A stretch of 64,000 nt of DNA from Nitrospinota bacterium (GCA_016208975.1 JACQXA010000002.1:74848-138847); one strand, 5' to 3'; shown: positions 10,312-20,735, counted from the stretch's first letter. The notes: generated from the letters alone by a model not told the origin. Program-made: numbers and translations.

Positions 10312-11394
10312 TCACCTTTCCCTTTCAACCCTGGGGACCATGGATATAATGACGTCCGCTATCTGGTCCAGCGGAAGCACGTATCGGGCGGCTCCCCTGT
10401 CTATGGCGCTTCTCGGCATGCTGTGGACTACGCTGGTAGCCTCGTCCTGCGCTATGGTCATGCCCCCGGCGGATTCTATGGCTTTCATCCCTTCCGCCCC
10501 GTCATCGCCCATGCCCGTTAGAAGTATCCCCATGGCGGCGCTGGCGTACCTTTCCGCCACGGATTTAAAGGCAAGGTTTATGGATGGGCGGTGCCCAAGG
10601 TAAGGGGGTGTTTGCGCGTACCTGAACAGGCCTGCCTTGTCTATCAGCAAATGCGCCCCTTCTTGGGCAAAATAGGCGTGGCCCGGGAAAGGATAGTCCC
10701 CGTTCCCGGCCACGCTGATCTTGATTTGGCTGTTGGACTGCAACCACTCCACAAGCCCCTCCATAAACCCTTCCGTAATATGCTGGACGCAAATCACCGG
10801 CATGGGAAAACCGTGGGGCAGTTGGGAAAGGATAGAGTAAAGGGCCTGGGGGCCGCCCGTGGACGCCCCAATGGCCACCGCCCTTATGACCCCTTTGCTA
10901 TTGATATTATCCCCCGGCGCGCCATATCCTTTTCCAGCTATCCCCATCTTCCGGATCACATGCACGCCGGCCAGTATTTTCACTTTGCTGACAAGCTCTC
11001 CGGACATATGCATGTATTCGGATTCCAAAGACGCGCGGGGTTTTGTGAAAACGTCTATGGCCCCCGCCTGCAACAGTTCGAACGCGTTGTGCGAATTTTT
11101 TTCCACCGACACGCTGACCACCAGTATGGGGCGCGGATATTTTTCTATGACCTGTCTGGTGAATTCCAGCCCCCCCATACCGGGCATGTGCAGGTCCGTA
11201 AGGACAACCGCCGGATCCAGCGCGGGAATCATCCTTAAAGCCTCCTCGCCGCTCTGCGCCATGCCTATCACCTCTATGTCCGGTGATGTGGACAACATCC
11301 TTCTCAACAGCGTCAACGCCACCATCGAATCGTCCACCAGCAGAACCTTGATTGTCCCGCCGTGGCGGCCGCTTTTGTTAGAAGCCACTTCCAT
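10312..11394 (-). CDS. cheB: Chemotaxis methylesterase CheB (REC + esterase)
   Basis: REC domain; GASTGG catalytic Ser, QHI, TGMGDDG; AAGGAG RBS before ATG 11394. Confidence 0.94.
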   Translation of the reverse strand: MEVASNKSGRHGGTIKVLLVDDSMVALTLLRRMLSTSPDIEVIGMAQSGEEALRMIPALDPAVVLTDLHMPGMGGLEFTRQVIEKYPRPILVVSVSVEKNSHNAFELLQAGAIDVFTKPRASLESEYMHMSGELVSKVKILAGVHVIRKMGIAGKGYGAPGDNINSKGVIRAVAIGASTGGPQALYSILSQLPHGFPMPVICVQHITEGFMEGLVEWLQSNSQIKISVAGNGDYPFPGHAYFAQEGAHLLIDKAGLFRYAQTPPYLGHRPSINLAFKSVAERYASAAMGILLTGMGDDGAEGMKAIESAGGMTIAQDEATSVVHSMPRSAIDRGAARYVLPLDQIADVIISMVPRVERER

Positions 11395-11482
11395 TACCGC
11401 GCTCCTTGGGGTCAAGTCTAAGGAATGGAGACCGTGTCGCCAGGGGGAGGCGCTCCGTAGCCTTCCAAATACTTCTTATCTC

Positions 11483-13735
11483 TCAAATAAATCTCCTGAG
11501 GGTTTCACCAAGGATTTTCTGGTCGAACGCCGGTTTTGGGATATAGGCGTTTGCCCCGGCCTCCAATCCCTTCTTCTTGTCCTCATCGGAGGCGAGGGTT
11601 GTAACCAATATCACCGGCAGTTCCTTAAGCCTTGCATCCTGGCGTATCCTGGCGGTTAAGGCGAGGCCGTCCATGTTGGGCATCATGATGTCCGACACCA
11701 CCACGTCGAACTGCCGCTCCGCCAGTTTGCCCCACGCGTCCATCCCGTCCACCGCCGTGGCCACTTCGTATCCAAAACCCTCGATAATCCTTTTTATCTG
11801 CGTCCGCGTGGTTATGGAGTCCTCCACCAGCAGGATCGCCCGTTTCGTTTCCCGCGCCGCGGCTTTCACCGGGGCCGGAGCCCGCGCCATGGCCTTTTTC
11901 CGGGCTGTTGATAGCATGTCCACCGGGTTTAGCGCAACGCATACTTCCCCGTTACCAAGGATGGTGGAGCCGGTCACGTTGCGCACCCGTTTCAGCAATT
12001 GGCTGTGGGGTTTTATCATTATCTCCTGCTCGTCCACCAACTCGTCCACCCGCAGGGCCATGATTTCATCCCCCGCCTGGATAACCACGCAGGGGAACGC
12101 CCCGCCCTTCCCGGCGGTCCCATTTTTCCGCCCCTTGCCGGCGGCGCCGGGCAGTTCCAGAATATCGCTGAGCCGGGCTATGGAGGTGGGGCGGCCGCTG
12201 AAAGATATGGTCTCCCGGCCTTCCATGGGAAACATTTCCTCGGGTGACACCATAATGGTCGAATTGGTGAATTCTATGGGTATGGCGTAACTCTTCCCCT
12301 CCGCCCTGACTATGAGGACCCGGGTGGTGGCCAGGGACACGGGCAATATTATCTTTATCACGCATCCAGCCCCAGCGGCGGATTCCACCCGGACGGAGCC
12401 TTTAAGCGATTCCGTTTTCGCCTTTACCGTGTCCAGCCCAACCCCCCGGCCGGAGATGTCCGTCACAAACGCGCTGGTGGAAAACCCTGGAGCGAATATG
12501 ATGGATTTCAGCTCCTCGTCGGGCGTCTCCTCCGCCCCTTCGGCCGCTATTATCCCGCGCTTTATGGCCTCGCGCTTTATGGCTTCCGTGTCCAGCCCCC
12601 GGCCATCGTCGGACACTTCTATTATTATGTTCGTCTCGGTACGCAACGCTTTCAGGCGGATCGCGCCGGTTCCGGGCTTCCCCAGCCGCTCCCGCTCTTC
12701 CGGGGGCTCAATGCCATGGTCTATGGCGTTTCTTATAAGGTGCATGACAGGGTCTTTCATCTCTTCTATCACGCGCTTGTCCGCTTTCGTGTCGCCTCCG
12801 GTTATCTCCAGCTTTACCTCTTTGTTCCTTACCCGCGAAAGGTCCCGCGCCATTCTGGGGAAAAGGTCGAACAGCGTGGAGAATGGCAATAACCGGATGT
12901 CGCGGATCCCGCCCTCCAGCGCGCCGGAAATAAAATCCAGTTTTGAATTGTCTTCGTTAATGGCGTCCCGGAGGGAATTAAAGGAGTCTGTGGCGCGGCT
13001 GATCAGCTCCCCGGCCCGGGATTGGTTAACAAGAGACCCGGCGGATGATACGTTCCGCGGCTCCATCCTGCTGGCGTAAATCACCGGGGCCAGCTCTTTT
13101 ACCAGCTCGTCCCACAGGTTCAGCGCGTCGTCCGCCTGGGAAAGCCTGTGCGCCATGCGGGTTTTCAACACCACAAGCTCCCCGGTCTGGTTCATCAGCT
13201 CGTCCAGCTGGCCGGTTTTAACGCGGACGGTGTCTATCTGGTATGGGGCGGAGTGGGATACCTCCGGCGCGACGGGTTCCGGCCTGTCCTGGCCGGATGC
13301 AGGTTTACCCGCTGGCGGCGCGGCAGTTGGCGGTTCTTCCGGGCCGTCATTTCCCGCCTCGCCGGTTAACCGCCGGATCACTTCCTCAACATCCACTCCA
13401 GCGGGGGCCTCGCCGGTGACGGCTTCGTTAACAAGTTTTTTCACGGAGTCCATGGCGGAGTACATCCGGTCGGCCATGGCATGGGTGAACACTTTTTCTC
13501 CGTTCCTGATTGGGGCGAGCATATCCTCCATGCTGTGCGCTATGCGTTCCACGCCCATGATGCCGAGCATTCTGGAGGAGCCTTTGAGGCTGTGGACCTC
13601 CCGGAGCAGGTCCTCATAAAAGGCGCTGTCAGCAGGTTGCCCGCTTTCCAGATGGAGAAGGTATTTTTCCATTTTGGGCAGGCGCTCATCGCACTCCGTC
13701 CGGTACAGATCGCGCATCTCCCTGTCTTTTATCAT
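11483..13735 (-). CDS. cheA: Hybrid CheA (Hpt, dimerisation, HATPase, CheW, C-terminal REC)
   Basis: HSLKGSSRM Hpt; HLIRNAIDHG; FSTSAFVTDISGRGVGL; C-terminal LLVEDS...DIMMP. Confidence 0.93.
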   Translation of the reverse strand: MIKDREMRDLYRTECDERLPKMEKYLLHLESGQPADSAFYEDLLREVHSLKGSSRMLGIMGVERIAHSMEDMLAPIRNGEKVFTHAMADRMYSAMDSVKKLVNEAVTGEAPAGVDVEEVIRRLTGEAGNDGPEEPPTAAPPAGKPASGQDRPEPVAPEVSHSAPYQIDTVRVKTGQLDELMNQTGELVVLKTRMAHRLSQADDALNLWDELVKELAPVIYASRMEPRNVSSAGSLVNQSRAGELISRATDSFNSLRDAINEDNSKLDFISGALEGGIRDIRLLPFSTLFDLFPRMARDLSRVRNKEVKLEITGGDTKADKRVIEEMKDPVMHLIRNAIDHGIEPPEERERLGKPGTGAIRLKALRTETNIIIEVSDDGRGLDTEAIKREAIKRGIIAAEGAEETPDEELKSIIFAPGFSTSAFVTDISGRGVGLDTVKAKTESLKGSVRVESAAGAGCVIKIILPVSLATTRVLIVRAEGKSYAIPIEFTNSTIMVSPEEMFPMEGRETISFSGRPTSIARLSDILELPGAAGKGRKNGTAGKGGAFPCVVIQAGDEIMALRVDELVDEQEIMIKPHSQLLKRVRNVTGSTILGNGEVCVALNPVDMLSTARKKAMARAPAPVKAAARETKRAILLVEDSITTRTQIKRIIEGFGYEVATAVDGMDAWGKLAERQFDVVVSDIMMPNMDGLALTARIRQDARLKELPVILVTTLASDEDKKKGLEAGANAYIPKPAFDQKILGETLRRFI

Positions 13736-13800
13736 TTCCAACGGCTCCCCTTAAGACCGCGCGCCAGCGTAATCCCGATCCGCCTAAATCCGTTCTACCC

Positions 13801-15249
13801 TCACACAAGCTCCTTGAGATTTATCGCCGTTTCCTTCAGCTTCTCCACCCCTATTTTCGTCTGGCTCACTCCGGCGGCAGTCTCCCTTACCCCACCGCTT
13901 ATGGAGTTCATGGCCTCCACCACCTGCCGCATGGCCGTGTCCTGCTGTTTGGCGTTGAGCATCACCTTTTGGGCGTTCTCGAATATGGACTTCATGGATT
14001 CGGAAATGCTGGTGAACACATCGGCCATTTCCCGGGACAGCCTGGCGCTGTCGTCTATGGTTTTCGTCCCCTCCTCCGAGGCCATCACCACGGAGTTGGT
14101 GGCTTTCTGGATGTCCAAGACCAGGGTGTTCACCCTTTCTATGGATTTCTTGGTCTGGTCGGCCAGTTTCCTTATCTCCTGCGCCACCACGGCGAAACCC
14201 CGCCCATGCTCCCCCGCCCTGGCCGCCTCCACCGCCGCGTTCAGCGCCAGCAGGTTCACCTGGTTGGCTATGTCATTCACCAGCGCCGCGATGCCGCCTA
14301 TCTGGCCCGTCTGCTCGCTTAACCTTAGTATCTGTTCGGATATGATCCGCGCCTTGTCCTTGGTCCTCCCCATGCTCTCCAGCGTGCTTTGCACCGAGCC
14401 AAACCCCTTTTCGGAAAGCGTTACCCCCTTCTGGGACGTTACCGCCGCCGTCTCCGCCTGCTCCGATGACTGGCGGGAAGACACCCCCAGCTCCTCCACC
14501 GTGGCGCTGGTCTCGTTCACCGCCGATGCCTGCTGGTTGGCGGTACGCTCATGCTCGTTGACCGTGGCCGATATTTCCGTTGCGGCGCTGGTTATGGAGC
14601 TGACTATTTCGGTGACGCTCTTGAACGTCTCGTTGGATATGAAATAGGCCATCCCCATGGAGAAAGCCACCAATACAAACGCCCCGGCGATAAGCTCGTA
14701 AATTACGGACGTTATCGTATCGGCGACTTTATTCTCCTCCTCTTTCATGATCTCCATTTCCTTCTTGTTGAAATCCGCGGAGACTTTGTCTATCTCGTTT
14801 GTGACAGGTCTTCCTGCCAGTACGAGGGCCACTACATCCCCTTTTCTGGCGCCCTCGATGACGCCTATCACCGGCTCGGCTATCTCCTTCTCGTATTTTC
14901 CGGCAAGCTCCACAAGGCGGTTCAGGCGGATCCTTTGTTCCGCATTCACAAGGACTTTTTCCAGACTTTGAGCGCGGACATGTATTTCTTTCGAAGATTC
15001 CTCAAGCGATGTTATGTGGCCTTTATCATGGGTAATTACGTAACCCCTGGTGGCTCGCACCATCTTGTACATGTGGCGGGTCAGCTCGTTGGCTTGATTG
15101 ACTTTCTCCAGGGTATCCGCGACCCTGCCGAAGCCATCCGAAAGCGATTGCAGATTGACAAACACCACCACCGCCATTATCACGAATATAAGGATTGGCG
15201 CGGAAAACCCGAGGAGGATCCGGTTCTTGAGTCTCATGTTCTTCCACAT
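13801..15249 (-). CDS. Methyl-accepting chemotaxis protein with CHASE3-like periplasmic domain
   Basis: Two TM helices; signalling hairpin [31 protein letters not shown]. Confidence 0.93.
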   Translation of the reverse strand: MWKNMRLKNRILLGFSAPILIFVIMAVVVFVNLQSLSDGFGRVADTLEKVNQANELTRHMYKMVRATRGYVITHDKGHITSLEESSKEIHVRAQSLEKVLVNAEQRIRLNRLVELAGKYEKEIAEPVIGVIEGARKGDVVALVLAGRPVTNEIDKVSADFNKKEMEIMKEEENKVADTITSVIYELIAGAFVLVAFSMGMAYFISNETFKSVTEIVSSITSAATEISATVNEHERTANQQASAVNETSATVEELGVSSRQSSEQAETAAVTSQKGVTLSEKGFGSVQSTLESMGRTKDKARIISEQILRLSEQTGQIGGIAALVNDIANQVNLLALNAAVEAARAGEHGRGFAVVAQEIRKLADQTKKSIERVNTLVLDIQKATNSVVMASEEGTKTIDDSARLSREMADVFTSISESMKSIFENAQKVMLNAKQQDTAMRQVVEAMNSISGGVRETAAGVSQTKIGVEKLKETAINLKELV

Positions 15250-15314
15250 CGTCTGCCCCTTCCTTTTGCGCCGAACCGTTGGCCCGGGTTAATGACGGCG
15301 TTTACCGCTTGCCG

Positions 15315-16340
15315 TCAAACAGTTTCGTTTACCACCAGGTCCCCCTTCTCCAGCATCTTTTCCAGGTCTATTATCAAAACCATCCCCTCTTTAATCTGGA
15401 ACACGCCCGTTAAATATTCCTCCTGCCCGGCCTCGCGGCCCATTGGCGCCGGAAGCGTTTCCGAGGGGCGCAGATACACCACGTCGCGGGCTTCATCAAC
15501 AATCACCCCCACGTTCAGCTCCCCCGCTTTCACCACCATCACTTTGGTATCCAGCCCGGCGGGCGGAGCCTGCAGGCCCAGAAACCCCCGGATGTCTATT
15601 ATGGTGAGGATATCCCCCCGCTGGTTCATGTTCCCGATCACGTGGGGCGGGCAACAGGGCACCGGCATGAGGCTTTTTAAGTTTGTGAATTCCAGTATCA
15701 GGTTAAGGTCCACCGCGTAGCCCTCGCCCGCCAGGCCGATCACGGCATAAGGCGTAAGGCCAATCTGCAAGGGCTCCACAATGTCTTGCTGTAAACTGCG
15801 GGCCCGCTCCCGGAAAACGGCCAGGTTTTCCGGCGTGACGGCCTCCACCGCGCCGGGGCGGGCTGATACAGCCAAGCCTTTCTCCGCTACCGCTCCGGCT
15901 TCCGGATATTCGACGCTTTGAGCCAGGCTCCCAAGGTTGAGGACCATCACTATTTTGCCGTCAAGTTTGGCCTCCCCTTTTACCAGTTTCGGCTGGCGCT
16001 GGCCTCCGGCAAGCGCGGCGGAAGGCGATGAGATATCCTCCGTGTCCAGATTTTCGACGGCAAGCGCCTCATTAACTATCAGGCCCACCATCGCGTTTTC
16101 AACCATCACCACCACCACCACGTCCCACAAGCAATAGGGTGATGGCGCGCGGCCAAAACGCAAATCCAGATCCACAACAGGTATTATTTTCCCTCGAAGG
16201 TTGAATAAGCCTTTGATATACGTGGGAAATTCTTCGGCGGGGATAAGCTCTGGAATCCAGATTACTTCAAGCACGGCTTGCGCCTCAACGGCGTACCATC
16301 CACCACGATGGCTCAGGATGAGATAAGGCTCGTTCTGCAT
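15315..16340 (-). CDS. cheW: Tandem double-CheW protein
   Basis: Two CheW repeats (GLFNLRGKIIPVVDL; GNMNQRGDILTIIDI). Confidence 0.9.
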   Translation of the reverse strand: MQNEPYLILSHRGGWYAVEAQAVLEVIWIPELIPAEEFPTYIKGLFNLRGKIIPVVDLDLRFGRAPSPYCLWDVVVVVMVENAMVGLIVNEALAVENLDTEDISSPSAALAGGQRQPKLVKGEAKLDGKIVMVLNLGSLAQSVEYPEAGAVAEKGLAVSARPGAVEAVTPENLAVFRERARSLQQDIVEPLQIGLTPYAVIGLAGEGYAVDLNLILEFTNLKSLMPVPCCPPHVIGNMNQRGDILTIIDIRGFLGLQAPPAGLDTKVMVVKAGELNVGVIVDEARDVVYLRPSETLPAPMGREAGQEEYLTGVFQIKEGMVLIIDLEKMLEKGDLVVNETV

Positions 16341-16397
16341 ATACCCAGCTCGACTAAGCTGAAGCCATTCCGGACCAACCCTTACTAAAAAATATTA

Positions 16398-17885
16398 CTA
16401 CACCGCCAGGCCCTCTTCCAGCATTTTTTCCAGATGGTTTATAAGCTCTTTGGCCGTCATGTTCCCGTAAGGCGCTATCAACGCCTTCTCCGGCCCCGCC
16501 TTCAGTACCGCCAGCGCGGACAGGCGCATTTTTCGCGCCCGGTCAAAATCGTTTTCATTTTCGTGGATGGCCGCCATGTCCATATACGCCGGGATATATT
16601 TCGGCGCCAGGTATATTACTTTATTAAGCTCCTCTTTGGCTTTCGCGCGATCCCCGTTTTCCTCGGCGATGTTCGCCAGCAGATAATGGGGCTCCACGGA
16701 GTTCCAGTCCGCCGCCACGGCCCTTTCCAGATAAGCGGCCGCTGTTTTATGGTCGCCGGTGTTGGCCATGGCCCGGGCGGCGTAACAAAGGGCTTTTACC
16801 GATCCCGGCGCGTCCCGCAGGATATTCTCCGCTTTCGCCGCCGCTTCCTGGTAACGGCCCTGTTCCAGCGCGGCTTCCAGTCCTTTAAACGGGTCTTGCG
16901 GGGATTCCGGCTCTGGAGCCGGATCTTCATTCCCTGCGGGCGGAACATACCTGACCGGCGCTGAGATAATATGCGGCTCCGGTATTTGTATGAAGTTTTG
17001 GAATACAGGCTCCCCGCGGGTTTTAGGCGCCACCAATGCCATGGATGGTTGGGCCTGGCCGGATGTTTTCTGGTAAACCACCGATTCCGGATATACCTTG
17101 TGGCTCAAGCCCTCAACCGGCGTGGAGAACAACTCGCCATGGCCCGTTATCAGATAACCGCCATCGCCAAGGGCGGCGGAGAGTTTATTTACGATGGCCG
17201 TCACGAAGTTCCGCTCGTAGTACAAGAGAAGGTTGCGGCACAGGATAAGGTCCATCCCTTCCGGGTAATCCGCGCCAGCCAGGTCTGCCGCGCGGAACGT
17301 GACCATTTTCCTTATATGGCCGCGTAGCTCCCATTGCCTTTCATTTAGCTTCTTGAAATATTTATTCCGGCCATCTTTGGAAATCGAGCGGAAAGACCAT
17401 TCCCCGAATATCCCGCCCCGGGCTTTCGCCAAAAAATCCTCCCTCACGTCGGAGCCAAGGATCATCGCTTCCCACCCGGAATTTTTGGGTATCAGCTCAT
17501 CCAACACCATGGCCAGCGAATACGGCTCCTCACCGGTGGCGCAACCGGCGCTCCATATCCTCAGGGTTTTATCTTCACCGCGCCGTTTTATAATTTCGGG
17601 CAATATCACGCTCCGGATAAGGGCGAACTGGCCCCGGTCCCTGAAGAAATATGTTTCCCCCACGGTGAAATGCGCGGCCAGCTCGTGGCGCTCCAGCTGG
17701 CCTTGCTCCGTGTCTGAATCCACCAGCTGGTAGTATTCTTCCGGCGAGCGTGATTTGCCGGACTTTATCCGGGTGAGGATGGCGGAGCGCAGGATGTTTT
17801 CGTCGCCCGGGCGCGGGCGCAACCCTATTTTGACCGATACAAGCTCCCCGAAGGCGCGCAGGAGCTTTTCATCAATATCCGGCAT
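16398..17885 (-). CDS. cheR: CheR methyltransferase with C-terminal TPR (WspC-like)
   Basis: TVGETYFFRD, IWSAGCATGEEPYS, DLILCRNLL; TPR helices at the C-terminus. Confidence 0.92.
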   Translation of the reverse strand: MPDIDEKLLRAFGELVSVKIGLRPRPGDENILRSAILTRIKSGKSRSPEEYYQLVDSDTEQGQLERHELAAHFTVGETYFFRDRGQFALIRSVILPEIIKRRGEDKTLRIWSAGCATGEEPYSLAMVLDELIPKNSGWEAMILGSDVREDFLAKARGGIFGEWSFRSISKDGRNKYFKKLNERQWELRGHIRKMVTFRAADLAGADYPEGMDLILCRNLLLYYERNFVTAIVNKLSAALGDGGYLITGHGELFSTPVEGLSHKVYPESVVYQKTSGQAQPSMALVAPKTRGEPVFQNFIQIPEPHIISAPVRYVPPAGNEDPAPEPESPQDPFKGLEAALEQGRYQEAAAKAENILRDAPGSVKALCYAARAMANTGDHKTAAAYLERAVAADWNSVEPHYLLANIAEENGDRAKAKEELNKVIYLAPKYIPAYMDMAAIHENENDFDRARKMRLSALAVLKAGPEKALIAPYGNMTAKELINHLEKMLEEGLAV

Positions 17886-17963
17886 TACCAGGCGCCGAGT
17901 ATGTTTTTACTTCCCTTATATTACGCCCAAACCGTTTTACGGGCCAGAAGGGAGAAAAGAGGT

Positions 17964-18677
17964 TTAATAACGGGTGGTAATGTCTGTAAGCCAAGCTGGC
18001 GACGCATTAGTCAGAATGCTTTCAATATGTTTATCGGCTCCGGATAACACGGCCACTCCGGTGGCAAGTAGCGTAATGCCCAACGCGGGTTTTAGCGTTC
18101 CTCCAGCGGAAGCAAGTTTGTTACGCAACCCAATCGCATAACGCCCCGCGTATGAAAGGAAAACAAGGGGAGTAACCGCGCCAAGGGCGAAAAATGCCAT
18201 CACGGCAGAGGCATTTATCAAGGATTCATGGCTCATGGCAAGCCCGATGGCCGCGCCGAGCGTGGGCCCGGCGCAAGGCGCCCATAGCGCCCCCAATAAA
18301 ACCCCAAGCGCAACCTGCCCCCCAATTCCGCTGGCGTTGAATGCGCCCGCATAGTTTTTCACACCAGCCAGCAACGGCTCGGCCATCTTCATAAACCTTA
18401 AATGCATTGCGCCGGCCAGCATGAAAGCTCCAGCCAGAAACAGAATGGCCGCCGCTCCTGCCCTGATTGTTCCCTGGCCGATTCCAATCAACTGGCCAGC
18501 GACCGGCAAAACCATTCCCATGGCTGTAAAAGAGATTACCAGACCACCCATCACCGCCAAGGGGCCAAGCCTGCCCTCTCGCATGGCCCCGGCCAATATC
18601 ACTGGAGCCAGCGGTAACACGCATGGCGACAGTATTGACAAAACGCCAGCCGCATATCCGAGAATTATGGAAAGCAT
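17964..18677 (-). CDS. ccdA: CcdA/DsbD-transmembrane-domain thiol transfer protein
   Basis: LSPCVLPL and WAPCAGPTL conserved cysteines; about 6 TM; ATG overlaps the upstream TGA. Confidence 0.88.
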   Translation of the reverse strand: MLSIILGYAAGVLSILSPCVLPLAPVILAGAMREGRLGPLAVMGGLVISFTAMGMVLPVAGQLIGIGQGTIRAGAAAILFLAGAFMLAGAMHLRFMKMAEPLLAGVKNYAGAFNASGIGGQVALGVLLGALWAPCAGPTLGAAIGLAMSHESLINASAVMAFFALGAVTPLVFLSYAGRYAIGLRNKLASAGGTLKPALGITLLATGVAVLSGADKHIESILTNASPAWLTDITTRY

Positions 18678-19084
18678 CAAATTCCCTTTTCAAACAGCGC
18701 GCGGATTTTCCCCGGATCCGTTTCACCCACGGAACGCCCCGCTTCCTTGTTCCCCTTAAACACTATCAGGGTGCTTTGATACGATATTTTCAGAAGTTTT
18801 AAGGCCTCCTTATCCGTGTCAAAGTTGACCTTGAACACAATTGCGGTGGCGAACTTGCCGTCTTTCGAAAGATTTTCGATTACAGGCTCCTGTTTTTTGC
18901 AGGTTGGGCACCAATCGGCATGGGCGCCCACAATGATTGTAACGCCGCTTTTTTGGGCCTCAGCGAATTTTTTGCCGTCGAATGGCATTATCTCCGCCGC
19001 GCCCGCTGTTTGGCCGGCCGATATTGAAAGCGCCACCATAAGGGGGACGGCCCTGGCAAAAAACCTCAATGAACCTCTTCCCAT
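18677..19084 (-). CDS. Exported thioredoxin-family protein
   Basis: Signal peptide-like N-terminus; WCPTC active site; GGAGG RBS before ATG 19084. Confidence 0.88.
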   Translation of the reverse strand: MGRGSLRFFARAVPLMVALSISAGQTAGAAEIMPFDGKKFAEAQKSGVTIIVGAHADWCPTCKKQEPVIENLSKDGKFATAIVFKVNFDTDKEALKLLKISYQSTLIVFKGNKEAGRSVGETDPGKIRALFEKGI

Positions 19085-19110
19085 TTGTTCCCTCCGCATA
19101 ATCAGTAGCG

Positions 19111-19233
19111 TTATACAAAACTCCATCCAATAAAGGCCACAATGGCAAGCCCTGCCATCACCAGCATCGCCTTCTCATGCTTGCATAGGCCTTTTTTGGC
19201 CTTGCACCCTTCCATATTGCACATAATAGACAT
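19111..19233 (-). CDS. Small Cys-rich membrane peptide (40 aa), absent from the ORF track
   Basis: MSIMCNMEGCKAKKGLCKHEKAMLVMAGLAIVAFIGWSFV; GAGG RBS about 10 nt upstream; collinear with trx-ccdA. Confidence 0.6.
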   Translation of the reverse strand: MSIMCNMEGCKAKKGLCKHEKAMLVMAGLAIVAFIGWSFV

Positions 19234-19347
19234 GGGTCATCCGCCTCTATAATTGGGATTATTTAATCCATTCCTGGTTGAGCCTTATATAGGCTCTTAT
19301 AGTTTAGTGATAACAGGTGGATGAATATTACAAACGGCTAGCGGCCA

Positions 19348-20490
19348 TTACTGAAGCTCTATGGACCCGCTCCACAATTTGTAGGACGATTTGCCTGTTT
19401 CCGTAAGGGCTTGTGATATGAGCCCCATTGTCGGAGCGCTGGCGTTTTCCACCGTGGATTTGAAAAACCCATGGTAGAAATAATCCGGATACACCGATAT
19501 TGAAAATACAATCCGCGATGCGGAGCCAATATGGCCGTCGTATATGTATTCCCTTTTTTCCCCTGGCGCCAGACGGGTGTCATATTCCTCCACGCTGATG
19601 TCCAGGCTCACCTTGCGCCCAATCTTATATTCCCTTTCGGATCCTGGGATCGTTTTCCCGGAAGAATCCTCCAAATGAGCCCTGATAATCACCAGCGGGG
19701 TTACATAAGTTGGGAAATAATGCCCCGCGCCGGAGTTTGTAACCGCAAGCGCCGCCTTTTTCCCATCCCACACCTGTTGTATATCCAGGGCGCTTAAAGT
19801 CATCCGCTTATCGTGAATCCCCTTAAAAAGATGCTCCCTGTTTGGCATATGGCAATTCTGGCACTGGACGCCATCCTTAGCCCAATTGCTTTTTTGCCAT
19901 TCCGCGTAGGTATTAACAAGCAATTTGCCGTTTAGTTTATAACCATCATTCAGCTGGTGACACGCGGCGCAGAATTCCGATTTCCCGTAAAAATCCCGGG
20001 CGTAATAACCATTGTGGCCTCGCAAATCACTTTGCGCGGTTTCCAGTTTCCCATTTCGCGGCGGCCCGTAAACTTTTCCGTATCGCACATGGCATACGGC
20101 GCAACTGACGCCTGCATGTTTAAGGCGCCCATCATAGCCCCGGTTTGGCGCATAACCCCCGCCGCTTGCGCTTTTGAACTCTTGTTGCTCCGCCAGCGGA
20201 GCGTGGCAGAAATAGCATGAATTGGCGGTGTCCGGCTGGTTTTCGGGATCGAGTTGACCAAGAAGCCCCGGACCTGCGGCCCTTGCGTGTAATGACTCTT
20301 TCCAGGGGTCAAGCTGGGCCATATGGCAAGAGCCGCAGTCTTCCGGGTAAAGCGAATATATACTTGCCCCGCCACGAGCCGGGCGGCGCCAGTGGGAGTT
20401 AAGGGAAGAGCCCCCCTCCGCCGAAAAAGGAAGGGAGCCCCCTATACCCGCAAATAAGACGAGTGGAACAATCCAGCCTATTTTGCGCAA
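19348..20490 (-). CDS. Pentaheme cytochrome c (c554/c552-like domain plus C-terminal beta domain)
   Basis: Five CxxCH motifs: CGSCH, CYFCH, CAVCH, CAACH, CQNCH; signal/anchor RKIGWIVPLVLFAG; TTG start at 20490 is inferred. Confidence 0.85.
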   Translation of the reverse strand: MRKIGWIVPLVLFAGIGGSLPFSAEGGSSLNSHWRRPARGGASIYSLYPEDCGSCHMAQLDPWKESLHARAAGPGLLGQLDPENQPDTANSCYFCHAPLAEQQEFKSASGGGYAPNRGYDGRLKHAGVSCAVCHVRYGKVYGPPRNGKLETAQSDLRGHNGYYARDFYGKSEFCAACHQLNDGYKLNGKLLVNTYAEWQKSNWAKDGVQCQNCHMPNREHLFKGIHDKRMTLSALDIQQVWDGKKAALAVTNSGAGHYFPTYVTPLVIIRAHLEDSSGKTIPGSEREYKIGRKVSLDISVEEYDTRLAPGEKREYIYDGHIGSASRIVFSISVYPDYFYHGFFKSTVENASAPTMGLISQALTETGKSSYKLWSGSIELQ

Positions 20491-20735
20491 GGATTCTTGG
20501 CGCAGGGATTCTTGGCGCACGGGTTCTTGTCTCCCTGCTTTTTGTCACTGCTTTTCTTCTTTTTAGTGTCGCAAGGATTTGCCGCGCAGGGATTCTTTGT
20601 CTTGTTCGCGTCAGCCGCCGCGCAAGGATTCTTGGCGCAGGGGTTTTTATCCGCGGCCATGGCCGGAGACACACCGGCGAACCCAATTCCCGTGGCGATT
20701 ACCGTAGCAATAAGCAATTTCGTGATCTTCGTCAT
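20478..20735 (-). CDS. Secreted NPC-repeat peptide (7 x NPC)
   Basis: Sec signal ending AMA; KNPCA repeats from about 15-bp tandem DNA units; GGGGG RBS-like tract. Confidence 0.8.
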   Translation of the reverse strand: MTKITKLLIATVIATGIGFAGVSPAMAADKNPCAKNPCAAADANKTKNPCAANPCDTKKKKSSDKKQGDKNPCAKNPCAKNPCAK

